DNA from: Anolis carolinensis
Lineage: Eukaryota
Direction of reading: 5' to 3'
Length of the DNA: 64,000 bases
NCBI RefSeq assembly: GCF_035594765.1
Contig: NC_085844.1
Location: 197,052,107 to 197,116,106, forward strand
Part shown: positions 36,082 through 47,470 of the stretch, piece after piece
Layout of the letters: the number at the start of each line of letters is the position of its first letter
Numbering within the stretch: position 1 is the first letter of the stretch
Notes under the pieces: generated by a model
Databases searched by the model: none
Seen by the model: the letters and a program-made list of their open reading frames with translations, nothing else
Told to the model about the DNA's origin: nothing
Made by a program: the position numbers and the translations under genes

Positions 36082-38993
36082 ATCAGGCAGGGATTTTGGA
36101 GATGGTACTTAGCAGTCGCATTAAGGCACATTTTCTCAAAACTAAAAGACAAAAAGACTTTGTATATAGATTTATCTAGGAGGCTGTTCCACTGAACTTT
36201 GTGGATCTTTTTTCTGGAAAAAATGCCCAGCTTGGTTCTGCTGTACATGGGAGCGGAGTGGGGAATCCTTTGGGTGGTGGCTTTGACACTCCACCCAGGT
36301 CTTCCTTATCTCCCTCCCCCTTCCAGCGGCTGACACCAGGAACTCTCCTCTTGACTAGATGTACAAAACCCCTGAAGTCTGACACATTTGATAATCAGGA
36401 CTGCCAAATGGCTGCGTATTTCTCTGCAGCAGATGGAAACAACCCCCTGTTCTTCCCCCTCCCCCATTAGCACCAAGGCAATCCTGTCTGACTTCCTGCC
36501 AGTCTCCTGACAGGTGGGAAAAACACACTGCACAACCTTATTTGGGGGAAACTTCCATCTGTTAGTAAATTGCCTGCTAGAGAAAGGACAGTGTCTACAA
36601 AGTTCCATTCTTGTCTCCTGTTGCTACCCCTTTCCATTTGTTTTATCCTCCGTGTGCATGTGTACGTACCTTCCGTGCTCTGCAGTCATGGCATTCTTTG
36701 CTTCCCCCTTATTTCTTTTATCATAAGTGTGCTGCTACTTTTCATGGTCTGTGTGCTAAGTTTGCTCTATTTTAATGCTGGTAGGAGAGAGGAACGGCAC
36801 ACCTTAATTTTATTCAAAGCTGCCAGTAAATAACATGCCCATGTTCTCACTCTCTCCCTCCCCCTTCCCTCTATGCTGCAAAATGAGTTTATAATGGTCG
36901 CAGTTTAGCCTAGTGTAAATGCAGGCTAGCTGCTAATAGCTGCTTTAGATGGTGCAGCGAGCCTTACTTAAGACCACTCCCTGTGCAGGGAAAATAGAAA
37001 GATGAGAGCAACAGTGTGTGATTGAGACACATGAACATTAATAGATAAGAAGCTTGCTTTATGTAATGTTCCCAAAATATGGGAAGTCAGCTCCTGTTGA
37101 TCTTCATCGTCCTTGCCAGCTTGAAGTCTGACATCTTTTAACTGGTGCTACCAGGGACTGCACCAAGGAAACTCTTGCAAGTGGAATTCTGTGTTTTGGA
37201 GCTACAGCCATTCCCAAGATAGAGAAATAGGTCTGGCAGTTTGGGTCTGGCAGGGTGATGATATGGGATACTTGATGGAAGCAGGAGTTGGAATATTCAA
37301 ATCTAAGCCAGGTAGGAGCAATATAGCAGAAATTTTGAATCAAGGAGACACCAGTGATAGATTTGATAGGGAGAGTCAAGAAAAGACTGAGCAGCTTTGG
37401 AATAGCCAAACTATGTTGAATTGATGCAGTAGAATTAATGCAGTTTGACATCAGTTTAACTACCATAGCCCTGTGCTATGGAATCACGGGAAGTGTAATT
37501 TTGCAAGGTCTTTAGCCTTCTCTGCTGAAAGGTTCTGGTGCCTCACCAAACTACAGGATTTTGTAGTATTGTGCCATGGCATTTATGGTCCTGTCAGATT
37601 GCATCCATTCTACAGTGTTGATGCACCCTAATTTCTTGGTTGCCTGCATCTAGATTCTGATGGGATCTGAGAATAAACTTAGTATAATATAACATTGTGA
37701 TCTGATTGTGGGCTAGCAGGCAATCGCTCATGGTTGAATTATAGTCCTCTTTAGGATAATGTTGGTTATTTGACTTTTCAGTAGATTTTTGACTTGCTTT
37801 AGTAACTTTACTTCCCTGTTTGAACCAACCTGTCAGATTGAATGTGGAAGAAAAACATAACACAGAAATCACCAGGATGAGTCATATCTTTTCAGTCCAC
37901 CTATGATTCTATGAATGCACAGGATGTGAACATCCTGAGTGTATCTGGATTGAATTCCTGAATTTCTGTAGAAGGTCACCTAAATTTCATGATATTATTT
38001 CATTGACTGGAAAAACCGGAAACTCTACAGTGGTATACTTTTTTTGTTTATTTTACCATTTAAAAGAAAAGGGAAGTGTAAAATTAATTGTGCTTCTCCC
38101 CCAAACCACCTCAATGAGACCCTGCCCGTGGAAACCCTCTTCCCCCTGGAGAGTTGACTGATTGAGGTTGCCCATTAAAGGGGATAATCAGCTGTCCTGA
38201 GATAGGAAGTCACCAGCAATACTTGATTGTTTAAAGGAGGAGCCTATCTCCGCTGGTGTAAGAGGAAAGGAGTCATCTAACAGATTATCATCTAGCGTGG
38301 GAAGGGGGCTAGGCACTAATGATGTCGGAGAGCGGGACTGAGAGGTAGCATAGACAAGGCCTAAAATTGGGGGATCTTGTCTACCAAGATTCAGCCTGAT
38401 GTCCAAGGGGTGAATCAATGTGTCTACTAGTACCCTCCTGAGAGTAATGCCCCACTGTTGTAGTTGATAAATGGATGCTACAGATATCTGTAATCATGGT
38501 GAAACATTAAATAAATGAGGCCATCTGAAGTAGGTGGCCACCTAAAAAAATTCCAAGTTGCACTACAAATACACTGGCTTGACCTGAAGATACAATGAGA
38601 AGACTTTCCGAATTGCCAAACAAAATGATTTCTCCAGAAGATATCAAAATTGTGTATAGCTAAGCTGATTGTCAGACCAGAGACGAGAACAAAGAGAACA
38701 CAGCCTAATTCACACTACTTCGTTATATATATTTTTAATTCCCTTGATGGTTTAAATCAGATTTCCATCAAGGTCAAGAAATGAAAGGGTGAGAACAAGA
38801 CCCATACTTGTTAGAACAAGGAGGGAAGTTCCTTCTGGTGAGATATATGTTATACCCTTCTAGGGAAATATGAAGAACTCAGATAGACCATACTTCCATT
38901 TTATGTTATTTTGGACATTTCCAATGCTACATTGTAGAGGGTTGGACTCGCCTACCACAGCACAAAAAATGCAATTTTCCATTCTGTCATTCT

Positions 38994-41618
38994 GTGCTTT
39001 GGTCTTCTGAGGATTTGAGAGTTCTGATTCCTCAGTCACCAGACACACCTCCGAGGTTTGAGTGTGTCTTCCTGAAGGTGGGAGCCCGAGACAGCTTGGG
39101 GATTCTGCTGGTGTACCGTCCACCCCGCGACCCAGCAGTCTCTCTGTCCGAGCTAGCAGAAGTGGTCTCCAATTCGGCCCTGGTCTCCCAACAACTCATA
39201 GTTTTGGGGGACTTTCACATTCATGCCGAGACCACTTTGACAGGTGCAGCTCAGGATTTCATGGTTGCCATGACGACCATGGGGCTGACTCAAGTTATAT
39301 CTGGGCCCACACATCAGGCGGGACACACGTTGGACCTGGTTTTTATTGTGGACGGTGGGACAGTCAGAGTGGAAGAGCAAAATATTCTTCCATTGTCATG
39401 GTCTGACCATCATCTGATCTGTTTAAGTTTCGCCGTGGCTTCTAACCTCCGCAGGGGTGGTGGACCCATTAAGATGGTCCGCCCCAGGAGGCTGATAGAT
39501 CCGGATGGACTTCTGAGGTCTCTTGGGGATCTTCCTGTTCTGGAGACTGGCGATCCTGTCGATGTCCTGGCTGATCGTTATAACAGCGAGTTGGCAAGGG
39601 CACTTGACACGATCGCTCCCGAACGTCCCCTTTCGCTGCGTAGAGTCACGTCGACTCTTTGGTTCACTGAGGAGCTGGCTGTGATGAAGCGTGCGAGGAG
39701 GGGACTAGAGTGCATCTGGAGGAAATCTCAGGATGTGTCTGACCAAGCACGGGCTAAAGCCGCTATTAAGGCTTACTCCGTGGCTCTGCGAGCAGCCAGG
39801 AAAGTTTTCACGACTGCCCACATAGCGTTTGCGGCCAACAGGCAATCGGAGTTGTTCCGAGTTGTTGGGGAGCTCCTGCGGCCTCCTGAGACCCAGGGGC
39901 TTCCTGATGACTTGGCAACTCGGTGCAGCAATTTCGCGCACCATTTTGCAGGCAAAGTTGCTCAGATACATCATGAGTTGGACTCCAGCTTAACTGTAGT
40001 TCCAGCGGAGGTAACCGAGGTACCTGTCTGTTCGATCTTATGGGATTCTTTCCGGCTTGTTCTTCCTGATGACGTGGAGGGGATTCTTGGGTCTGTGAGG
40101 GCGACCACTTGCGCTCTGGATCCTTGCCCATCTTGGCTGGTTAAGCTAGCCAAAGATGGGTTGTTGGGTTGGTTTATGGCTATTATAAATGCCTCCCTGG
40201 TCCAGGGGTCAGTTCCATCCTGCTTTAAGCAGGCGGTGGTAAAACCGCTATTAAAAAAGACCTCCTTAGACCCATCTGTATGTAGCAGCTACAGACCAAT
40301 TTCTAATCTCCCATTTTTGGGCAAGGTTCTGGAGCGGGTGGTTGCCACGCAGCTCCAGGAGTTCCTCGATGACACTGATTTTCTGGACCGCTCACAGTCT
40401 GGTTTCAGGCCTGGGCACAGTACTGAGACGGCTTTGGTCGCCTTGGTGGATGACCTCCGCAGGGAGCTGGACAGGGGGAGTGTGACCCTGCTGGTTCTCC
40501 TGGACATCTCTGCGGCTTTCGATACCATCGACCATGGTATCCTTCTGGGGAGGCTCTCTGGGATGGGGCTCGGTGGCACGGTTCTGCAGTGGCTCCAGTC
40601 CTTCCTGGAGGGCCGTTCCCAGATGGTGAAGCTGGGGGATACCTGCTCGGACCCCTGGCCATTGACCTGTGGGGTCCCGCAAGGGTCTATCCTATCCCCC
40701 ATGCTATTTAACATCTACATGAAACCGTTGGGAGAGGTCATCCGGAGTTTTGGAGGGCGTTGCCATCTCTATGCAGATGACACGCAAATCCACTACTCGT
40801 TTCCATCTGATTCCAAGGAAGCCCCTCGGGTGCTGAACCAGTGCCTGGCCGCTGTGGCAGACTGGATGAGGAGGAACAAGCTGAGGATCAATCCTGACAA
40901 GACAGAGGCTCTCCTGGTCAGTCGCTCGTCTGATCGAGGTATTGGGTGGCAACCTGTGCTGGACGGGGTTGCACTCCCCCTGAAATCACAGGTCCGCAGT
41001 TTGGGGGTCCTCCTGGATTCAGCGTTGACGCTTGAGGCTCAGGTGTCGGCGGTGGCCGGGAGGGCTTTCGCACAACTCAGACTTGTGCGCCAACTGCGAC
41101 CATACCTCGTGAAGTCTGATTTGACCACAGTGGTCCATGCCCTAGTTACCTCTAGACTGGACTACTGTAATGCGCTCTACGTGGGGCTTCCCTTGAAGAC
41201 GGCTCGGAAATTACAACTGGTCCAACGCTCGGCTGCCAGATTAATAACGGTGGCGAGTTACAGGGAGAGATCTACTCCCCTGTTTAAGGAGCTCCACTGG
41301 CTGCCGTTCACTTTCCGATCCCAATTCAAGGTGCAGACCATCATTTATAAAGCCCTAAACGGTTTGGGACCCACCTACCTTCGTGACCGTATCTCCTACC
41401 ATAAACCTGCCCGATCTCTTCGATCATCAGGGGAGGCCCTCCTGTCGCCACTGCCTGTATCCCAGACCCGCCTGGTGGGAACAAGGGAGAGGGCCTTTTC
41501 TGCTGTGGCCCCCCGTTTATGGAACTCACTGCCCATCAAAATTAGGCAAGCCCCCACTCTTTTAGCCTTCAGGAAAGATTTAAAAACCTGGCTTTTCCGA
41601 TGTGCTTTCGGAGAGTAA
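38994..41618 (+). CDS. L2 ORF2 (partial AP endonuclease + reverse transcriptase), open 874 codons
   Basis: YRPP, GDFHIH (GDFN variant), LDLVF, SDH; YRPISNLPFL, QSGFR, LDISAAFDT, GVPQGSILSP, YADD; LWNSLP..FRKDLKTWLF. The N-terminus of the endonuclease is missing and the first codons are probably flanking DNA. Confidence 0.9.
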   Translation: MLWSSEDLRVLIPQSPDTPPRFECVFLKVGARDSLGILLVYRPPRDPAVSLSELAEVVSNSALVSQQLIVLGDFHIHAETTLTGAAQDFMVAMTTMGLTQVISGPTHQAGHTLDLVFIVDGGTVRVEEQNILPLSWSDHHLICLSFAVASNLRRGGGPIKMVRPRRLIDPDGLLRSLGDLPVLETGDPVDVLADRYNSELARALDTIAPERPLSLRRVTSTLWFTEELAVMKRARRGLECIWRKSQDVSDQARAKAAIKAYSVALRAARKVFTTAHIAFAANRQSELFRVVGELLRPPETQGLPDDLATRCSNFAHHFAGKVAQIHHELDSSLTVVPAEVTEVPVCSILWDSFRLVLPDDVEGILGSVRATTCALDPCPSWLVKLAKDGLLGWFMAIINASLVQGSVPSCFKQAVVKPLLKKTSLDPSVCSSYRPISNLPFLGKVLERVVATQLQEFLDDTDFLDRSQSGFRPGHSTETALVALVDDLRRELDRGSVTLLVLLDISAAFDTIDHGILLGRLSGMGLGGTVLQWLQSFLEGRSQMVKLGDTCSDPWPLTCGVPQGSILSPMLFNIYMKPLGEVIRSFGGRCHLYADDTQIHYSFPSDSKEAPRVLNQCLAAVADWMRRNKLRINPDKTEALLVSRSSDRGIGWQPVLDGVALPLKSQVRSLGVLLDSALTLEAQVSAVAGRAFAQLRLVRQLRPYLVKSDLTTVVHALVTSRLDYCNALYVGLPLKTARKLQLVQRSAARLITVASYRERSTPLFKELHWLPFTFRSQFKVQTIIYKALNGLGPTYLRDRISYHKPARSLRSSGEALLSPLPVSQTRLVGTRERAFSAVAPRLWNSLPIKIRQAPTLLAFRKDLKTWLFRCAFGE

Positions 41619-41813
41619 CTATTACACACTTCTTTTGTTACTCCCCCATCATCTACCCTCTAGATTGTTTTTATCTTATGTCCCTGGTCTCCCTGATTGT
41701 ATTCTTATCCTTTTCTTGTACTGTTCTGGGCATGGCCCCATGTAAGCCGCCCCGAGTCCCCGTTGGGGAGATGGTGGCGGGGTATAAATAAAGTTTTATT
41801 ATTATTATTATTA
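39020..41813 (+). mobile_element. L2-clade LINE, 5'-truncated, young
   Basis: Uninterrupted ORF, CpG-rich, L2-type 3' end and (TTA)n tail at 41795-41813. Confidence 0.93.
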
Positions 41814-43357
41814 TGGAAGGGAATTGGTTGCTTGACTGGTGTTGCAGGATGATGCATTTTGTTTGTTTCCTTTTACCCAATATAGTAGTGTATCATTTTC
41901 TTTTACAATTTCTTCTACATTTTTTTGGTTCTCAGAATATGGTGTCAGTAAGATGATTAGGCATCTGCCTCTGTCTCTTTTGATAAGTCATAAACTTCCA
42001 AACCACCCAATTATTATTGTTGGCTGGGGTTAGAATTTGGGATTCCTCTTTCAAGCCCACTATTCAAACTTTCATAAACTTCTAATGATGTGTGCATGTG
42101 GAAGGGTATGTAGTTCAGCTATTAGGCCTGGCAAACATCCTTGCCAGAAACTCTAGAGAGCTGTTGCTGGTAGTCTGACAATCTATATTAATAGTATTGG
42201 GCTAGAGATGGACCAGGGGTTTGTTTCTGTATAATGCATTTTGCCATGTTCTCAAATCCAGCTGCATTTTGGAGAAAATAGTAAACACTGCTGTTCCATG
42301 AAAAGAAACTATTTGTGACAGGGAAGTACAGGAAGATAAAGAATGAAATGTGTCTTCATGCTACTCTATTGGAATGGATAGAGAATGCTTGCTCATCTTT
42401 GTTAAACAAGCGTTAATAAGCTATATATTTTCTTTCTGCCAAATTATTGTTCATTCAGCTGTCCCAGACTTTCCATCAGGCCCCAGAGAAGCGGAGCTAA
42501 ACCAGCCTTTGAAGAGAATGGCTTTATACCACAGGTGGTAGCAGGAGCTGTAAACTTGCCAAAGAGGTGCTCTCTTTGTCCTGCTTGTTGTCATCTCATT
42601 AGGTCTTCCGTGAAGTTCATTAGTTCAAGAATGTGCCCTCTTTGTCACTGGGCTTGCACTTCCTCTTGTAATAAATTGTGCTGCTGAATTCATCAGAGGT
42701 TGCTGTAATAGATTGGCTCTCTGCCCTTTGAGCTCTGTTGGGTCAGAGGTTTTCAGACTTTTGTTAGTAGTCAGAATTTTCATAAATAATATAAAACAGG
42801 CTTGCCTTTCTCTTTTATTATTAATTTTTCAAATTATTGTTTCATTCTTTATACAAAAAGGCTTATACATGTCTGCAAAGTTATGGTCATAAACACTTTT
42901 TAAAACAATGCCTTTTAGTTTTATAGGAATTTGGAAATCTAAATCTAAAAATCACCTTAGATTTGCTCCATTGCGTAGAAGTTTTTTTTTTTTTTTTACA
43001 GCTTGCTTGCACAATTTTGTTTTATAATATATGACTGAGTAAGATTTCTTTGGGGAATAAAGCGTAAACAGTAAGAAAGGAGTTAAAGCATTTTAACAGC
43101 CTTTCAAAACATTTTAATTTGCTGATATACAACACAAATGTCTGTTCAGAAACACTAAGAGAAATTGCACAGAAACATCAGCACATGCACTTAATTAAAA
43201 CTGAGTAGCAAATGAATTGATAAAACATGGAATTTATAGAATAATTAAATGTGGTGTGATATCTTTATTGTATTTTAAATACATTAAAGTCAACGTATTG
43301 AAAAAGGGTTTTACCCCCACTGCAGGCCTATATTAATAGCAGTTTAAAACTCAAGTA

Positions 43358-43680
43358 CAGTAGAGTCTCACTTATCCAAGCTAAACGGGCCGGCAGAAGT
43401 TTGGATAAGCAAATATCTTGGATAATAAGGAGGTATTAAGGAAAAGCCTATTAAACATCAAATTAGGTTATGATTTTACAAATTAAGCACCAAAACTTCA
43501 TGTTATACAACAAATTTGACAGAAAAAGTAGTTCAATACGCAGTAATGTTATGTTGTAATTACTGTATTTACGAATTTAGCACCAAAATATCACGATATA
43601 TTGAAAACATTGACTACAAAAATGGCTTGGATTATCCAGAGGCTTGGATAAGCGAGGCTTGGATAAGCGAGACTCTACTG
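43358..43680. mobile_element. Tc1/mariner-type MITE
   Basis: TIR cagtagagtctc(a/g)cttatccaag, TA TSD. Confidence 0.92.
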
Positions 43681-44491
43681 TATATATATTCTTTTATTAT
43701 AATTCATCTAATTAGTCAACTTGAGTCCTTGACTTTACATGCATTCTGAAAACTTTTTCCCCTTTGTAACATTCTCACAGACCCTTGGTTTCTCCTGCAA
43801 CATAGATTTCTTTCACCCATATTTTAATTATATCAGCATTATCTATTTTGTTTCTTTGGGTTTCTGATGCTCATATCCTTAACCAAAATTGAAAGATACT
43901 ACTTTTTTGTAATATCTTCAGAATCTCTCTGTTCTTAGCCATTGTGGATGTTTTGTCTAGGTGCAATTGCCACTCTTTAGCATTCTAGATTCTTGGCTGG
44001 TATCTTACTAGGGAGTTTTGATGGTATAACCACTGTGGCATGTAGTGACTCTCCGGCTGAGCCCCACATCTACACTCAGCAAGAGGCAGCCTCTGCAATC
44101 AGTAAGGATCTGGTCTTCTGTGACTTGGGAAATTACAGGCTGAAGTTTCTCCTCATCCCCTCTTGTGAATATTTCCCATTGTGACAGGCAGAAGTAGGTT
44201 CCCTGTCAGTTCCCCTCCTACCAGATATTGCTTGTATGAGCAGTAAGTGGGGATTGGAAGACTTGAATGATCCCTGTATGCCTTCTAAATAAGAAAATAC
44301 TAGTATAGGAATCGTGAATACAACAATGTATTTGGTTAAAGGTTTGTAACTCTCCCATGATTCCAGCCATTGCCATTTGCTACAAAATGTGATCTTAGGT
44401 GAATTACTTGTTGCAAATAATTGGACTGAATGGCCCATTAAACCTTTTGTAGTCTTGATGCGCCCAAAGTAGCATGCAAAAATAGTAGTGG

Positions 44492-45581
44492 TGTTGTAGT
44501 AGAGCCTGTGAGTAATGTTATAAACAGTAGTATGGGTGCCAGAAGGTGGAAAAGGGTTACTTGGGAGCAGGAATCCAATGATGAGCACCAGAGAAAGAGG
44601 ATCCGGGACATACTTACAGCATCTACAGATGAGGAGTCATTTGAGGGATTCTCTGGGGATGATAATGTTGCAGACAGTAGTATGGGTGTCAGAAGGGGGG
44701 AAAGGGTTACTCGGGAGCAGGAATCTGATGATGAACAGCAGAGAAAGAGGATTCGGGACATACTTACAGCACCTACAGATGAAGGGAGGGATTCTCTGGG
44801 GATGAGTGAAGGAGAAGAAGGAGACACCATGGATTGGACTAAGATAAGAGAAGTGCAAGCTATTTGAGAGGCACCAACAACTAGTGATTCCTTTATGGGG
44901 TTGTCTGGGAGCGAAGACTGGCAATCAGGGGATCCAACTGATTCTTGGGGGGATCTAAGTCTTGACAGGAGATGGAGGAATTGGAGGGAGAGCCAAGGGA
45001 ATTCACATGAAGAGCTAGGAGCAGCTGCGGGGGATGGTGATGGGGCGGTGGTCAGTTCATCTTCTGATGGTGATTTGTAGATAAAAGTGGGTTCAGGGAT
45101 GAGGAGTCTTTGCAAGGTGTTGATGTGTGTTCGTGTGCTGGGTGCTGTGTATTGGGAAAGTTTCTTGTAGTCTTGCTGCTGCCTGTTTCATGTTTGGCGT
45201 TGGACTCGGATCTGCAGTTTGGACCTGAACCGGTTCGGCTAAAGATGCTGCTTCTGCGGACACTGGAGCAACGCTGTTTTGGATTCCTCCTGCTTTGACC
45301 TTGGACTTCGACAACGCTTCTCTTCTTGCCACTCCATTTGTTAACCATTTGTGTACTGTGCCTTTTTGTTTTGCCTCAGAGTACTTTGTTTCACTTGCTG
45401 CTCTTCGCATCCAGTTGATTTGGATTACATTTCTGTTTACCTTTTGGATCAGGTCTGGTTTGGGTTTTTGAGTTTTGACCAGTGGAACTGCATTTAAGTA
45501 TCCCTTTTCCTTTTGTTTCAATAAACTCTGTTTTGAAGACACTTTTAAGTTTGGCCCTTTAAGGCGTCTGTGATTCCAACA
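44492..45581 (+). mobile_element. Solo LTR of an LTR retrotransposon (superfamily not resolved: Gypsy/BEL/Copia)
   Basis: Termini TGTTG...CAACA, perfect 5-bp TSD agtgg (44487-44491 / 45582-45586), TATA-like gataaaag at 45080, AATAAA at 45520-45525. Confidence 0.9.
44493..45080 (+). pseudogene. U3-encoded acidic repeat ORF (~195 codons, one internal stop) with FxGF motif
   Basis: ORFs 44508-44867 and 44895-45080 are in the same frame, which is open from LTR base 2; 150-nt (50-codon) tandem duplication; DEESFEGF at 44628-44651. Confidence 0.55.
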
Positions 45582-46892
45582 AGTGGTGGTTACAAACCAA
45601 AAAGCACCATCACAAATCCATAAACAGATAACAAAACAGTAACAGACGTTATGGAATATAGTTGCAAAATATAATTGAAGTATTATTTACACCCAGTGTA
45701 ACTAAAACTTTGTTTTGAATACAAAAATACAGAGGCAAATGAAATACCACAACTTGCAAAAAGAAAAGGTAAACATACATGGAGTGCAACCTCTAGTAAT
45801 TCCACAAATAATCATAAGACTGTCAACATATAGAGAAGACTACCTGAGGAGATAATAAGACAAGTGAAATCAGCTTTTAACATGTAATAGTTTGCAGAAA
45901 CACAAAGTAGAATCTGTTGCTTTTTATAACAAATCACAAAATATTGGCAAGTCAAATTTGCTCCAGTGAGAATACATTTCTTAATGGCTGGTAAATTTGT
46001 AACCACCCTTAATTGTTGGCAACAAATCTGTGACATTGAAAGGAGATGTTTTCTTTCTAGAATTTGTGAGCGGTCATGTCCTGAATCTGATGTACTCTGG
46101 CCTTTTTGTTATTTTCAGACAGAGTTGCAATGAAGCCATCCGTATCATGCCACAGGGCTATTTTCAGTGGCACTAAGTCCAGAATGAGGTTTGCACCAAT
46201 GATGCTAATAGATGGGCCATTGGATCAATTGGGCCACCCTCCCTTCTTGCTGTCTGTTTGATTGTCCTCATTTGCACTTAAGGGTTGGAACTGATTTTTG
46301 ACACAGTGGAATAGCATGACATCAAAGTCTGATTTAGTTAAGTTCTATCAAGCTGTATGTCTATTTCGGAAGTACTCTGAGGAAGAAGTCTGTAACTGCT
46401 TCCTAGGGCCCTTCTGTCTTTTCTTTACTACATCAGCTGTATCAGGGTTGGAGCTTGATAAGGTTGGTTTACCCCTCTAGAAACTGTATCACATCAGGTT
46501 AGTTTTAGTATATTATCCCAGCATACCAAAAATATATAGAGTAGACAGACATATGCTGCATCAGTGAATCTCAATTGCTCTGACATATTTATTCTGTCAG
46601 GAACTGAATGTTACAGTATCTTGCTATTTTAGGAAGATGGAAGAAAGATATTTGTCCATCCTGAAGGTTGCTTTTTCTGGGGGCCATTTCACACTCTACA
46701 GTTACAGTGCTGTACATCCACTAACAGCTATGGTTCATCCTTGTAGGATACCAGCTGTTGTAGGCTACATTTAAGGGAAGCACAATCACAATCCGGCAAA
46801 CTTCTGAGTATTCCCTGCCTAAAAAAAATCATGGGGTCACCATAAGTTGACAGTCAACTTGAAGACACATATATACATATTAAGGTTTACTA

Positions 46893-47023
46893 GGCCCCTT
46901 CTACACTGCTATATAATCCAGATTATTAAATCTGCTTTGAACTGGATTATATGAGTCTACATTGCCATGTAATCCAGTTCAATGCAGATAATCTGGATTT
47001 TATATGACAGTGTAGAAGGGACC
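46893..47023. mobile_element. PIF/Harbinger-type MITE
   Basis: TIRs ggccccttctacactg / cagtgtagaagggacc, cta/tta flanks. Confidence 0.8.
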
Positions 47024-47428
47024 TTATCCACAGACCACCAGTGCCTTACCAAACTTCAGCATTCCACAGGATGCATCCAGTTAAAGTAGAATCATGACAT
47101 TTGAAAAGGTCTTATATTCTTAAAATGTGATAGACTCATCATTCTTTATGACTAAGTGCCTCAGATGTGAATATTTTCTAAATGAAGATTGGCTTCTTTA
47201 TGACCACTTCTTTCTGAAGGAAGAAGAACTTAGGATTCTTCAAATGGGTGTTAGTATATCATTGTTTTTTTATTGTGGGACATGAGCAAAACTATTTGGG
47301 TTTCTGTGTTTGGAAGGGTGGGTGATTGCAGTTTGTCAGTATGTCTGTTCCACTAAGCTTTTTCTGTACCATTGTGGACAGGGAAGTGTTCTTAGCAGAT
47401 GTTCAGGAAAAACAATTCAAGTGATCCC

Positions 47429-47438
<10 letters not shown>

Positions 47439-47464
<26 letters not shown>
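47439..47464. repeat. (GT)n microsatellite
   Basis: Direct reading. Confidence 0.95.

Positions 47465-47470
<6 letters not shown>

Noticed and set aside
38188-38418. 76-aa Pro/Ser/Asp-rich minus ORF
   Set aside because: No splice or family support; possibly LINE ORF1 debris but not assignable.
44438-45115. 225-aa minus-strand ORF across the LTR
   Set aside because: Codon-aligned antisense shadow of the + strand U3 frame; non-ATG start and it runs out of the LTR.
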